The notes under the pieces were generated by a model that was not told the DNA's origin, made no database searches, and saw only the letters and a list, made by a program, of their open reading frames with translations. Position numbers and translations under genes: made by a program. From Acidimicrobiia bacterium (lineage in GTDB: Bacteria; Actinomycetota; Acidimicrobiia; Acidimicrobiales; JBBSGY01), in the NCBI GenBank assembly GCA_039812705.1, contig JBDIBA010000003.1, forward strand, positions 10,566 through 74,565: DNA of 64,000 nucleotides, in the 5' to 3' direction. Position 1 is the first letter of the stretch. Every line of letters begins with the position of its first letter. Shown in pieces: positions 39,267 to 49,483 of the stretch.

Positions 39267-41248
39267 GAAACCGCGTGCTTTCCGGCGTGCTTCTTCTTGT
39301 GGCCCTGGACCAAAGAGACGATCCACCAGACGATGAGGAACGAGAGCGACCCAAACGTGAGGATCATTCCAACGGCCGATGTGGACGTCGAAATGATGTT
39401 CACTTTCTCAGCGGTCAGCTGCAACGAGCCATCCGGTGATACAAGGCTGACTTGAACGGGGAACCGACCTGAAGTGCGCGATTCAATGAGCACTCGCTTG
39501 GTTAGTTGCTGGCGTTCGACATCAACAATTGCTTCGTGTCCCCCGGGAAACGACACCTGGTCGCTCGAGAAGCGCACCTTGACTCTGACTGGAAAGCCGG
39601 TGTCGTTCTGAATTGAGACAGGGACTTCACCTTGGTTTGCCGTCAATCGGATGGATCGTTCGGTTGGCAAACGGATCATCTTGATGGTTGATGAAAAGGA
39701 CTGCTCATGTTCGCTGATCACCTGATCTCTGTTGCGGCCAAGCAACCGAGAAGATTCTGCGTAGAGGAGTTGTCGAGTGACCTTCTCGTACAACGGGTTT
39801 TGCGCATCAACCATTGATGCAAAGCCGTCCAGACGCTTGCGTGCATTTTCAACCCGTGTCTTTGAGACATTGCTGTCTTTGTCTGTTGCAAGGTCGCGGG
39901 TTAGGCCGTTGTTTTCGTATGGAAGCGAGAACAACTTGTCGAAGGAAGCACCTTGCAATTCCGGTGAATTACTCAGCGCACCAAAGAACTCATTCAACAA
40001 AGCCGGGTCAAAGCGCCAATCGGCAGGTGCCATTGCTACAACTCCGCGCTCTTGGCCGGGGAAGTCGTTCTGGAGGACGGTGAGGTCGGCAAGTAAACGG
40101 TGAGCGCCCAGAACGCCACCCGTACGAAAGTGTTCGGTAAGTGCGGAGTCGCCTTGAAGGGCGTCGACGGTTGTTTTCTTGGAGCTACGAATCTTTATTG
40201 GACGAGTGATTGACGTCGCACGTCCAACCGGCGTCAGGTTTGATTCCTGAATAACCATCTGTTTGGTTCCGCGCTTTTGAAGCTCGGTCGCTGACTCTTG
40301 TGAAAGTGGGCTCAGGCCCAGCCAAGTGCCTGATTGCGGCTTCTGATTGAAGGTCTCCGTAAGTGAGTTCGAGCCTTGTTCAAGTTGTTGGTCGAACTCT
40401 CGTGGAAGCTCTTTTGCCAGCGACTGAACGGCCGGTGCCCAGGGTTGGGCGTAGTTCGGTTGACGAGCCAGCGCCGCGGTTAGTGATTGGATTGATGTTT
40501 GTGCAGCGGGGTTTTCCAGTTCTCTGACGCGATCCAAACCTTCTGGTGAAACGGCAATTGACATTGGTAGTGCTGCAAACGTGGTGGTGATTGCGGCAAG
40601 TTCGTTGTATTCGCTTCCATTGGATGGCGCGGCAAAGGGATCGTTGTCATCGGAGGCGACGTTGACCGGAAAAGCGGTAGCAACGTTGAGCTTGCGGGGC
40701 TCTTCAGTCGCGCTCTTGATGATGTGAGAGTTGATTTGAGCAAGCGAGTCGTCTGTTCCTTGTTCGCGGAGTTCGACGTGAATTGGATATACGCCCGATG
40801 CCGCGAGGTAAGTGGCGCGCTGTGCTGCGTCATTGATGGGGAGCGAAACTGTTACGCGTCTGTCTGGGTCAAGCACTTCAGAAAGTGGAAACCGTTGAAG
40901 AATCTGTGTGGAACCGGTTGTGGTTCCGTTGAGGCTTTGATTGAACGCGCTGCGGTTTCGCACGGAGCCAAGGACCGTTACGACGAGGTCAAGCGTTGCC
41001 GGGTCTCTGTCGGTGGTGATCTGGGCGACGAGATTGAATGCATTGCCAGCTGTGACGAAGCCGGTTTGCGACACCATGTCGAGTCGGGTTGCGTTGTTCG
41101 TTGAGGGTGAGTCGGCGTTGGTCTGGTCCTGGGCAGACACAGCCGAGGGAGCCAATACGGCTGACGGCGAGATGACAAGCAACGACAAGGTTGCCACTGC
41201 AACAAGGCGCTTGACGTGAAGGCCGAGTGCAACAGCGCTGGGTTTCAT
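39263..41248 (-). CDS. Large secreted, C-terminally anchored protein (DUF6049 / Rv3909-like)
   Basis: N-terminal signal-like segment, a 600-aa soluble region and a C-terminal TM helix (VGMILTFGSLSFLIVWWIV). The position between cca and murJ matches mycobacterial Rv3909. Confidence 0.65.
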   Translation of the reverse strand: MKPSAVALGLHVKRLVAVATLSLLVISPSAVLAPSAVSAQDQTNADSPSTNNATRLDMVSQTGFVTAGNAFNLVAQITTDRDPATLDLVVTVLGSVRNRSAFNQSLNGTTTGSTQILQRFPLSEVLDPDRRVTVSLPINDAAQRATYLAASGVYPIHVELREQGTDDSLAQINSHIIKSATEEPRKLNVATAFPVNVASDDNDPFAAPSNGSEYNELAAITTTFAALPMSIAVSPEGLDRVRELENPAAQTSIQSLTAALARQPNYAQPWAPAVQSLAKELPREFDQQLEQGSNSLTETFNQKPQSGTWLGLSPLSQESATELQKRGTKQMVIQESNLTPVGRATSITRPIKIRSSKKTTVDALQGDSALTEHFRTGGVLGAHRLLADLTVLQNDFPGQERGVVAMAPADWRFDPALLNEFFGALSNSPELQGASFDKLFSLPYENNGLTRDLATDKDSNVSKTRVENARKRLDGFASMVDAQNPLYEKVTRQLLYAESSRLLGRNRDQVISEHEQSFSSTIKMIRLPTERSIRLTANQGEVPVSIQNDTGFPVRVKVRFSSDQVSFPGGHEAIVDVERQQLTKRVLIESRTSGRFPVQVSLVSPDGSLQLTAEKVNIISTSTSAVGMILTFGSLSFLIVWWIVSLVQGHKKKHAGKHAVS

Positions 41249-41342
41249 GATCGGCCGCGCGCTGGTTGAGTCACCCCGTCAAATTAGTTGGCTGAAGTCC
41301 CTTGCGGTGGGTGGCATTAACCTGCGCCCCGTGTTTCCCCCG

Positions 41343-42710
41343 ATGTTGCAATCTTTGATCAAGGAGTGTGCTGGTCTTCCCGAGGCTTTCAGCGACGCCG
41401 GCTATCACCTTTATCTAGTTGGTGGTGTCGTTAGAGACGCGGTGATCAATCGCTTGCGCGAAGACACAGACCTTGATTTCACGACCGATGCCCTGCCTGA
41501 CGAGATTGAGAAGATCGTTGGTCCGTGGGCTGACGACATGTGGCTTCAAGGGAAACGATTCGGAACGGTCGCTGCTCGCAAGAACGGACGCCTGATTGAA
41601 ATCACAACCCACCGCGGAGAGGCATACAACGAGGATTCCCGTAAGCCCGAGGTTGTTTTCTCGGACTCCATCGAAACCGACCTCTCGCGTCGCGATTTCA
41701 CGGTTAATGCAATGGCTCTCCGCCTGCCAGACCTGACCCTTGTCGACCCGTTTGACGGGATTGTCGATCTGGCTCGTCAATCTCTCAAGACACCGTCGTC
41801 ACCGACCATTTCTTTCAGCGATGACCCTCTGCGCATGTTGCGCGCCGCCCGCTTCATCGCGCAGCTTTCACTTGCGCCCACGGACGACCTAAGTCAAGCG
41901 GTTCGCGAGATGAGCGAGCGGCTAGAGATTGTGTCGGCTGAGCGAATCCGCGACGAATTGGTGAAGTTGTTGCTTGTCGAAAAGCCCGGACCCGGGTTGT
42001 GGTTCATTACCGAAACCGGTCTTGCTGAACGATTCTTGCCCGAACTGCCGGCGCTGGCACTCGAGCAGGACCCCATTCACCGTCACAAAGATGTGTTGGC
42101 GCACTCCATTGCCGTTGTCGAAAAGGCATCGCCGCGTGCAGTGCTTCGACTGGCCGCGCTCTTTCACGACATTGGCAAGCCAAGAACCCGCAGTTATGGG
42201 CCAAAGGGCGTTTCGTTCCACCACCACGATGTAGTTGGTGCGCGTATGACGCGTGACCGCATGCGCAAGTTGAAGTTTCCAACAGAGACCATCTCTGATG
42301 TCTCGAAACTTGTTGAGCTTCATCTGCGTTTTCACACCTACTCGATGGGCTGGACCGATTCTGCAATTCGCAGGTATGTGCGCGACGCCGGGCCGTTATT
42401 GGCCGACTTGAACGAGCTAACGCGTTGCGACTGCACAACTCGCAACAAGGCCAAGGCGGAACGACTTTCGCGACGCATGGATGAGCTTGAAACAAAAATC
42501 AGCGAACTGCGCGAGAAGGAAGAACTCGACGCCTTGCGGCCCGAGGTTGATGGGGTAGCCGTCATGCAGCACCTTGATTTGAAGCCAGGAAAAGACATCG
42601 GGCGTGCGCTGGATTACTTGTTGAACCTGCGTTTAGAAGAGGGTCTGCTTGGCCAAGAGGAAGTGTTCAAGCGTCTGGACGCTTGGTGGGCTGAACAACG
42701 AACTAGCTAA
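41343..42710 (+). CDS. cca: CCA tRNA nucleotidyltransferase / poly(A) polymerase family with HD domain
   Basis: LYLVGGVVRD and DLDFTT nucleotidyltransferase motifs, RRDFTVNA, and an HD domain (HRHKDVLAHS...FHDIGKP). Start placed at MLQSLIKE. The track ORF begins at 41247 and would overlap the divergent gene. Confidence 0.88.
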   Translation: MLQSLIKECAGLPEAFSDAGYHLYLVGGVVRDAVINRLREDTDLDFTTDALPDEIEKIVGPWADDMWLQGKRFGTVAARKNGRLIEITTHRGEAYNEDSRKPEVVFSDSIETDLSRRDFTVNAMALRLPDLTLVDPFDGIVDLARQSLKTPSSPTISFSDDPLRMLRAARFIAQLSLAPTDDLSQAVREMSERLEIVSAERIRDELVKLLLVEKPGPGLWFITETGLAERFLPELPALALEQDPIHRHKDVLAHSIAVVEKASPRAVLRLAALFHDIGKPRTRSYGPKGVSFHHHDVVGARMTRDRMRKLKFPTETISDVSKLVELHLRFHTYSMGWTDSAIRRYVRDAGPLLADLNELTRCDCTTRNKAKAERLSRRMDELETKISELREKEELDALRPEVDGVAVMQHLDLKPGKDIGRALDYLLNLRLEEGLLGQEEVFKRLDAWWAEQRTS

Positions 42711-43456
42711 GCGCGTTTGCGCGCGCGGACGACTAATGCGCGTGGCAGTTCATTGTTGTCATCACCCATTGGTTCAAGAACTGTGTCGACTTCAAAACCG
42801 CTGCGCAAAAGCCCCATCACGACATCGGACACCGTGTGTGGATGTTCAACAAAGAAGGCATCTTTTGCTTGGCTGCGGATTGGTGACTTGTCGTCGTAAG
42901 ACCGCTGCACCTTCTGCGGATCGAGGTTGACTTGTGGTTCGAGTGTTGTTCGCGTGCTGGAGTCGCCCACCACGTAGCGAACTGGGTGAGGAACCGAGAA
43001 CACAAACAATCCGTTTGCCTTCAGCACTCGATGAACTTGGCGAAACACTCGGTTGATGTCAGGGACGTATTGAAACGCGAATGTACTGAATACGACATCG
43101 ACGGTGTCGGCGCGTTGAAAGGCCAATTCAGCCAAGTCTCCGTGGCGAAACTCAACCTTGACCGCTTCTTGTTCAAGAAGCCTCTTCGCAAATGCCAACT
43201 GCTGCACTGAGATGTCGACACCTATGGAAATTGCACCCTCGCGTGCGAAAACAATGGCGTTTTGGCCGCCACCGCAACCAAGATCTAAGACGCGCTTGCC
43301 CTGTACTTGGCCCAGCAGTTTGAAATCAGCCTCACTGCCGACGCCGGGTCCGTAGGTTGCTACGTTCAGCGGCAAGCGGGCCGCGTTCTGGTACGAGACC
43401 GCCACGCGGTCCCATGACGAACCAACATTTGAGGTACTTGTTTCAGTGAACGACAT
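42707..43456 (-). CDS. Class I SAM-dependent methyltransferase
   Basis: Motif I, VLDLGCGGGQN, then DVVFSTFAFQYV. Start placed at MSFTETS (43456). The track ORF extends to 43576. Confidence 0.8.
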   Translation of the reverse strand: MSFTETSTSNVGSSWDRVAVSYQNAARLPLNVATYGPGVGSEADFKLLGQVQGKRVLDLGCGGGQNAIVFAREGAISIGVDISVQQLAFAKRLLEQEAVKVEFRHGDLAELAFQRADTVDVVFSTFAFQYVPDINRVFRQVHRVLKANGLFVFSVPHPVRYVVGDSSTRTTLEPQVNLDPQKVQRSYDDKSPIRSQAKDAFFVEHPHTVSDVVMGLLRSGFEVDTVLEPMGDDNNELPRALVVRARKRA

Positions 43457-44222
43457 TTCCGACTCCAGTTGCTCCGCTCCGGCGAGCGATGAAGTTAGTT
43501 CATCAACAGACGCCGCGATTCTTCGCGTAGCAACTTTCAACACACTTAACGGACAGGTGCATCGAGGTAAACACAAGCACTATTTCAAGGGGCCAATTCG
43601 TGTGAATGACTTGGTTGAAAGTGTTTGTCAGTTTGATGCCGACATTGTTGGACTGCAGGAAGTTGACAGGCGTACCGTGCGCACGCGCTTTGCGAATGCA
43701 GTCAAACGCGTGGCGCGTCGAACTGGACACTTCGCAACGTTTCGTCCGTCGCGTCGACACTGGTTGATTGGGCTGTTTGGCAATTCGCTTGTGACTCGCC
43801 AACGTCACCACAACGTGCAAGTTGTGAAGCTGCGACGCTTGCATTGGCGTGAACAGAAGCGGACTGCCTTGTTCGCAACTGTTGAACACAATGGTGTGCC
43901 TGTGCGTGTAGCGACAACGCACTTGTCTTCGCGCAGGGACGAAAGCGCAATTCAGTTGCCGCAGATATTTGACGAGATGACACGTCATCGCGGGCCCGCA
44001 CTCATCTTTGGTGACATGAATCTGCGCCCTCATGAGGCGCTTCCGGTGTTTGAGTCTGCCGGGTGGACTGTTGTTGAAACTGGTCCGACGTGGCCCTCTT
44101 GGGACCCGTCATTGCGAATTGACTATATCGCCGTGCGTGAAATGCAGCCCGTCACTGCGCGCGTTCAGAAATGCAAGGTCAGTGACCACTGCGCGATCGT
44201 TGCCGAGCTCGTTGTGAAATAG
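43446..44222 (+). CDS. Endonuclease/exonuclease/phosphatase (EEP) family protein
   Basis: RVATFNTLNG, IVGLQEV, and the C-terminal SDHCAIV catalytic His motif. The exact start is uncertain. Confidence 0.8.
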   Translation: MNDISDSSCSAPASDEVSSSTDAAILRVATFNTLNGQVHRGKHKHYFKGPIRVNDLVESVCQFDADIVGLQEVDRRTVRTRFANAVKRVARRTGHFATFRPSRRHWLIGLFGNSLVTRQRHHNVQVVKLRRLHWREQKRTALFATVEHNGVPVRVATTHLSSRRDESAIQLPQIFDEMTRHRGPALIFGDMNLRPHEALPVFESAGWTVVETGPTWPSWDPSLRIDYIAVREMQPVTARVQKCKVSDHCAIVAELVVK

Positions 44223-44249
44223 AAAAGGCCCCGCAATGCGGGGCCTTTT
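44223..44249. terminator. Bidirectional rho-independent terminator between convergent EEP and ino1 genes
   Basis: AAAAGGCCCCGC-AAT-GCGGGGCCTTTT: a perfect 8-bp GC stem flanked by an A-tract and a T-tract. Confidence 0.85.
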
Positions 44250-44259
44250 CTGCATACTG

Positions 44260-44329
44260 CAACCAACTAATGGGTTAGGAGCAAAACTCCTCAACCAACT
44301 AATGGGTTAGGAGCAAAACTCCTCAACCA
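44260..44329. repeat. Perfect 32-bp tandem duplication (2.2 copies) spanning the ino1 stop codon
   Basis: AACCAACTAATGGGTTAGGAGCAAAACTCCTC occurs at 44261-92 and 44293-324, followed by the partial copy AACCA. It contains the last 7 codons and the stop of ino1. Confidence 0.95.
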
Positions 44330-45374
44330 TGCGCGCAGCGTCTTGGTCGCGGTGTTGAACAGGAGGGCTCTTCATAAAGTAAGCCGAAGGGCCTTCGAGA
44401 GGTCCGCCGATGCCCTTGTCCTTGGCAACCTTTGCGCAACGAAGCGCGTCGATGATGACACCAGCCGAGTTTGGCGAGTCCCAAACTTCCAGCTTCAGTT
44501 CTGCATTGAGAGGTACGTCACCGAAGTTGCGACCCTCAAGGCGGATGTATGCCCACTTGCGGTCCTCAAGCCACGGCACGTGGTCCGATGGGCCGATGTG
44601 CACGTTGTCGGCTTCGAGCTTTGCCTCAAGCTGTGATGTAACGGCTTGTGTCTTTGAAACCTTCTTCGATTCCAAACGCTCGCGCTCCAACATGTTCTTG
44701 AAGTCCATGTTTCCACCGACGTTGAGTTGGTAGGTGCGGTCAACGGTAAGGCCGCGGTCTTCAAAGAGGCGCGCAAGGATGCGGTGAACAATGGTTGCAC
44801 CGACTTGGCTCTTGATGTCGTCGCCAACAATTGCAACGCCTGCGTCTGCGAACTTCTTGGCCCACTCTGGGTCAGAAGCAATGAAGACGGGGATGGCGTT
44901 AACGAAAGCAACGCCGGCGTCGATGCAGGCTTGCGCGTAATAGCGCTGCGCTTCTTCGGAACCAACCGGTAGGTAGGAAACAAGTACGTCGGCATTGCTG
45001 TCGCGCAAAGCCTGTGCAACGTCTACTGGCTCTGCAGGAGACTCTTCGATTGTTTCGCGGTAGTACTTGCCAAGGCCGTCAAGCGTTGGTCCACGTTGAA
45101 CCTGGACGCCCAGTTCTGCAACGTCAGCAAACTTGATGGTGTTGTTCTGGCTTGCGCCGATTGCCTTTCCGAGGTCGAGGCCGACCTTCATTGCATCGAC
45201 ATCAAATGCTGCAACGAACTCAACATCGCCGACGTGGTACCCACCAAGACGAACGTGCATGAGACCTGGCACTTCCGCCGAGTCATCAGCGTCGCGGTAG
45301 TACTCCACGCCTTGAACGAGTGAGCTAGCGCAGTTTCCGACACCGGCAATCGCCACGCGTACGGTCTTTTTCAC
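44307..45374 (-). CDS. ino1: myo-Inositol-1-phosphate synthase
   Basis: [23 protein letters not shown]-terminus and [10 protein letters not shown]. 355 aa, bacterial/actinobacterial Ino1 type. Confidence 0.93.
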   Translation of the reverse strand: MKKTVRVAIAGVGNCASSLVQGVEYYRDADDSAEVPGLMHVRLGGYHVGDVEFVAAFDVDAMKVGLDLGKAIGASQNNTIKFADVAELGVQVQRGPTLDGLGKYYRETIEESPAEPVDVAQALRDSNADVLVSYLPVGSEEAQRYYAQACIDAGVAFVNAIPVFIASDPEWAKKFADAGVAIVGDDIKSQVGATIVHRILARLFEDRGLTVDRTYQLNVGGNMDFKNMLERERLESKKVSKTQAVTSQLEAKLEADNVHIGPSDHVPWLEDRKWAYIRLEGRNFGDVPLNAELKLEVWDSPNSAGVIIDALRCAKVAKDKGIGGPLEGPSAYFMKSPPVQHRDQDAARMVEEFCS

Positions 45375-45382
45375 ATTCCCTC

Positions 45383-45940
45383 CTAGGGTTTACTTGCCCG
45401 TGATGGGCGATTTACTTGTTGTTCTTGCGAAATCATCGAATCGAGCCAATCAATATCCTTGGCGCGCATTTCGTTTCCGTGTTCGATCAGCGAGCGCCGA
45501 TAGGAATCGAGTTCGGTGACGTTGTTCGCAAAACTTTGTTGAGCTTCGACGAGCTGAGCGTGGAGCTGCTCGCGGCGCCTTACGAGGAACCGCAAACGTG
45601 CGTCCTTTGGGAGATAGCGCGCGAAGGCCATGCGAATTGCAAAGGCCTTGTCGTCGGTAGCTGCGGTAGAGCCGGCTTCTAGTAGCTCCTCAAAAATCTC
45701 TTTGCCGATGTCGGTGAGTGTGTAGACCTTGCGGCCGCGTTCGGTAGTCAGGCGAGTCCGGCTCTTTGTGACGTTTACAACGCGAACGGCACCTTCGGTT
45801 TCCAGGCGGTTCAGCGCGGGGTAGAGGGTTCCAAAAGAAAGGCGAGCAATGGGTCCAAGGATTTCGCCCAGGCGCCTGCGGATTTCGTAGCCGTGGAGAT
45901 CCGATTCCCTCAATAGGCCAAGAATCGCCAAATCCAACAC
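45383..45940 (-). CDS. PadR family transcriptional regulator
   Basis: [23 protein letters not shown]...[11 protein letters not shown] winged-helix core. Start provisionally set at GTG 45940. The track ORF extends to 46087 with no homology-like sequence there. Confidence 0.8.
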   Translation of the reverse strand: MLDLAILGLLRESDLHGYEIRRRLGEILGPIARLSFGTLYPALNRLETEGAVRVVNVTKSRTRLTTERGRKVYTLTDIGKEIFEELLEAGSTAATDDKAFAIRMAFARYLPKDARLRFLVRRREQLHAQLVEAQQSFANNVTELDSYRRSLIEHGNEMRAKDIDWLDSMISQEQQVNRPSRASKP

Positions 45941-46086
45941 GGCTGATCCGCTGGTGCTGTTCTTCTTGGAACGACGAGGTTGATATATCGAATCGATACG
46001 TCGAATCGTAGCATCGTGGTGACACTGAGTTGGGGTTTCGTGGGTCGGGATGGATTTGTCTCCCCTCGGCGTTACCCTTCTGCGCA

Positions 46087-46512
46087 ATGCATTTCGATCG
46101 AACCATGCTCAAGGGCGCGCGGCTCGACTCCGGTCGCGGCGGACAGGTTGACTATCGCCTTGTCCGTGATTCGGTCATTCGCAATTACCGCAACGGCAGG
46201 CTGTCGGTGCTCGATGTATGCGATGCCCATCCCGAGCTCTTGCGGGCCGCCAAGGGGGTCGGTGACGCGACTAGCGAGCTTTGCCCGATCTGCGAAGACG
46301 CCAAAGTCGTACTTGTTACTTATGTCTTCGGAAATGGCTTGGGCCCTTCTGGCCACAATGTCACTTCGCGAATTGAGGTTGAAAAGCTGGCAAAGCGCAG
46401 CCCGGAATTGACCTGTTATGTGGTCGAGGTTTGTCCGGCTTGCAAGTGGAATCACCTGGCCAAGAGCATTCAAATGGCAGGTCATAGGCGAAGAAGTGTG
46501 CCTGCTTCATAG
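46087..46512 (+). CDS. DUF5318-like protein (Rv0049-like) with a CxxC...CxxC zinc-ribbon signature
   Basis: VDYRLVRDSVIRNYRNGRL, CPICED...CPACKWNH. Divergent from the PadR gene as in mycobacteria. The start is uncertain (46030, 46087 or 46105). Confidence 0.7.
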   Translation: MHFDRTMLKGARLDSGRGGQVDYRLVRDSVIRNYRNGRLSVLDVCDAHPELLRAAKGVGDATSELCPICEDAKVVLVTYVFGNGLGPSGHNVTSRIEVEKLAKRSPELTCYVVEVCPACKWNHLAKSIQMAGHRRRSVPAS

Positions 46513-46595
46513 ATTTAGCTTGGCAAGTGGCTTTGGACGTTTTACCCTCGACTAAGAGGGTCAATTTGTCCTAATTGTTGATTTGGTGTTTCTCG

Positions 46596-48860
46596 ATGAA
46601 CTCTTCGCCACCACGTGCGCGCGCTGCGTACCCACAGAACTCAAGAGGTCCGCGTAGCGCGCAGGCTTACGGGCGTCGTCCTGCGCCAGCTCGCAAGCCC
46701 AAGAAGGGCTCGCGAGCACGCGTTTGGCTGCGCCGCATCCTTGTCAGCACAATCCTTTTGACGTTGGTCCTGGCGGTCATTGTCGTGGCCATGGTTGCCT
46801 GGGCGTGGAACACCATGTCGCTTCCTCCAGAGAAGCCATTGCTACAGACCTCTTTCTTGTCCGACGCGGGTGGCAACCGGTTGGCGACGCTTGGCGGTGG
46901 CGAAGACCGGGTTGCTGTTCGTCTCGATCAGGTCAGTCCGAACCTGCGCAACGCTGTATTGGCTGTTGAGGACAACGACTTTTACCACCACCGCGGCCTT
47001 GACCCAAGAGGCATTGCCCGCGCCCTTTGGTACGACGTACGCAGCGGTGGCGCCAACTTGCAAGGTGGGTCCACGCTAACTCAGCAGTATGTGAAGAATC
47101 AGTACGCCGGAACCGACCGAACTGTTGAGCGCAAGTTCCGCGAAGCCATTCTCTCGGTCAAGCTGGAACAGAAGCTTTCCAAGGACGAGATTTTTGAGCG
47201 TTACCTAAACGCCATTTACCTTGGTCGTGGAACCTACGGCGTGCAGGCAGCGTCAAAGGCGTACTTCAACAAAGACGCGAAAGACCTAACTATCAACGAG
47301 GCCGCCTACCTGGCAGGCGCAATTCGGGGTCCGGAGATTAGCGATCCGTACTCCTCTCCAGAAACCGCATTGCGAAGCCGCAACCTTGCCCTCGAGAACA
47401 TGGAGAGGTTCGGTTACATCACCGCAGCTGACCGTCAGGCCAGCGAGGCCGTTGCGCTGAATTCAATCGTCATTCCGCGTGCAGCCAAGGAACCCAGCAC
47501 GGTTTTGGCGGAAAAGGGCACGCAGTACTTCGTGGACTACGTGCGCAGCCTGCTGGTCCAGCGTTACGGAGAACGAACCGTGGTTTCTGGTGGGCTCCGC
47601 GTCAAGACAACAATCGACTTGGGCCTGCAATCGCGCGCCTATGACTCCATTTACAACACGCTTCAGGCGAACGACCCCGCAGGTGCGTTGGTCAGTGTGG
47701 ACAACAACGGCTACATCAAGGCAATGGTTGGCGGCCGCGATTACAAGGTTTCTCAGGTGAACCTTGCTGCAGGAAAAGCCGGCGGTGGAAGCGGTCGCCA
47801 GGCTGGTTCAACAATGAAACCGATTGGACTTGCTGCAGCAATCGACCAAGGCAGCGTCACGTTGAACAGCAAGTTTCCCGGCCCTGCAAAGGCGGAGATT
47901 TCTGGCTGGGGCAGCAACAACTTGGTGTCGAACTTCGAGAACGAAAACTTCGGTGACATCACGCTAAAGGAAGCCACCATCCACTCGGTCAACACCGTGT
48001 ACGCACAGTTGATTGTTAAGGAAGGCGCCAACTCGGTTGCACGCATGGCAAAGACAATGGGTGTTGCTGAAACCATCCCAAACAACAACTCGATCATTCT
48101 TGGAGCTGTTGAAACATCGCCTGTTCAAATGGCCGAGGCGTACATGACGTTTGGTCAACGCGGTCTGCACATTCGTTCCACCCCCATCCTCTCTGTGCAA
48201 ACGGCTGATGGAAAAGACCTCAGCTGGGGCGCACCTCAGCGTGCGCAGGTAATGAGTCAAAAAACGGCAGATGCCGTAAACGATGCACTGCAAGGCGTTG
48301 TCGAGCGCGGAACCGGACGCAACGCCGCGGTTGGCAACAAGCCAATTGCGGGCAAAACCGGAACAACCGATGACAACGGCGACGCATGGTTTGTGGGTTA
48401 CACACCAAACCTCACGACGGCGGTCTGGATGGGTTACCCGGAAGGTAGTCAACGTAAGATGACCAATGTGCGCGGTATTGCTGTGACGGGTGGTTCGCTC
48501 CCGGCACGAATGTTTGGCACATACATGTCTCAGGCGCTTCGCAACGTTGACGTGCCGAACTTCGCAACGACTTCTACGTCAACCACGACCACCGAACCTG
48601 AACTACGCGAGCTTGACGAGGACAGCTCTGGCAATGGAGACGAAGAGAAGTCGAAGAAGGACAGGCGCAGAAACGACAACGGCAACGGTGATGACGGTGG
48701 CGACCTCGGTAACTTCCTTCGAGACCTCGGTCTTGGTGGTGGGACAACGCAGCCATCCGACGGCCCTTCCGCTGCCGGTTCGAAGCCGACGACCACTACC
48801 ACTCCAACAACTACGACTTCAGAGCCGAGGAGACGAAACCCTCAGGCTGCTAACGACTGA
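46596..48860 (+). CDS. ponA: Class A penicillin-binding protein (bifunctional glycosyltransferase/transpeptidase)
   Basis: GT51 motifs EDNDFYHHRG, GGSTLTQQ and RKFRE. Transpeptidase motifs STMKP, SVN and KTGT. C-terminal acidic and Thr/Pro-rich tail. An alternative start exists at 46575. Confidence 0.93.
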   Translation: MNSSPPRARAAYPQNSRGPRSAQAYGRRPAPARKPKKGSRARVWLRRILVSTILLTLVLAVIVVAMVAWAWNTMSLPPEKPLLQTSFLSDAGGNRLATLGGGEDRVAVRLDQVSPNLRNAVLAVEDNDFYHHRGLDPRGIARALWYDVRSGGANLQGGSTLTQQYVKNQYAGTDRTVERKFREAILSVKLEQKLSKDEIFERYLNAIYLGRGTYGVQAASKAYFNKDAKDLTINEAAYLAGAIRGPEISDPYSSPETALRSRNLALENMERFGYITAADRQASEAVALNSIVIPRAAKEPSTVLAEKGTQYFVDYVRSLLVQRYGERTVVSGGLRVKTTIDLGLQSRAYDSIYNTLQANDPAGALVSVDNNGYIKAMVGGRDYKVSQVNLAAGKAGGGSGRQAGSTMKPIGLAAAIDQGSVTLNSKFPGPAKAEISGWGSNNLVSNFENENFGDITLKEATIHSVNTVYAQLIVKEGANSVARMAKTMGVAETIPNNNSIILGAVETSPVQMAEAYMTFGQRGLHIRSTPILSVQTADGKDLSWGAPQRAQVMSQKTADAVNDALQGVVERGTGRNAAVGNKPIAGKTGTTDDNGDAWFVGYTPNLTTAVWMGYPEGSQRKMTNVRGIAVTGGSLPARMFGTYMSQALRNVDVPNFATTSTSTTTTEPELRELDEDSSGNGDEEKSKKDRRRNDNGNGDDGGDLGNFLRDLGLGGGTTQPSDGPSAAGSKPTTTTTPTTTTSEPRRRNPQAAND

Positions 48861-48922
48861 TTTAATAGCCCGGAGGTTGGCTGACCAGCGCCCGGCGGTA
48901 TCAATTACCTAGTGTCTGGCCC

Positions 48923-49483
48923 ATGGGCGTTCCTGAACTTGTGCGAGGTAGCAGGGCTGTAGCCGTGTTAGCGGCGTTGGCTGGCTTGGTGGGCGCAATA
49001 GCAATGGTTGGATTTGTGCGTGCCGATGGCTTGGCTAGTCGGACTATTGCCACGACTACGTCTGTGGTGCAGTCCGGCACAGGTGACTATGCGGCTGTTG
49101 CCATGAGGGTGGTGGATCGCAACGGTGCAGAGAAAAAGTCATGCGCGTTGCTTGCCGACACCGACGAAAAGCGGGCGAGGGGCATGATGGGCCGCCAAGA
49201 CCTTGGCGGCTATGACGCTTTGATTTTCTCTTTCCCCGAGGACGTCAATGTGCAGTTCTACATGCTGAATGTTCCTGTGGCGTTGTCGATTGCATGGTTC
49301 AACTCCGCTGGTCAGGTTGTTTCGTTGGCCGACATGGAGCCCTGCACGGTTGAAGCCGCACAATGCCAGCGTTTCAGCGCCGGAGTCCCATTCAGGGGTG
49401 CCGTGGAAGTCCTCAAGGGCGGGCTGAGTGCGACTGGTATCGGTGAGGGGTCGACCATTGTTTTCGGCGGTCCTTGCGGCTGA
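48923..49483 (+). CDS. DUF192 domain-containing secreted protein
   Basis: N-terminal hydrophobic segment plus ADTDEKRARGMMGR...ALIFSF...FYMLNVPVALSIAWF, typical of DUF192. Confidence 0.7.
   Translation: MGVPELVRGSRAVAVLAALAGLVGAIAMVGFVRADGLASRTIATTTSVVQSGTGDYAAVAMRVVDRNGAEKKSCALLADTDEKRARGMMGRQDLGGYDALIFSFPEDVNVQFYMLNVPVALSIAWFNSAGQVVSLADMEPCTVEAAQCQRFSAGVPFRGAVEVLKGGLSATGIGEGSTIVFGGPCG

Noticed and set aside
43446-43456. 11-nt overlap of the divergent methyltransferase and EEP gene starts
   Set aside because: This is most likely a start-codon assignment issue. The EEP gene probably initiates further downstream, nearer RVATFNTLNG, rather than forming a real overlapping divergent pair.
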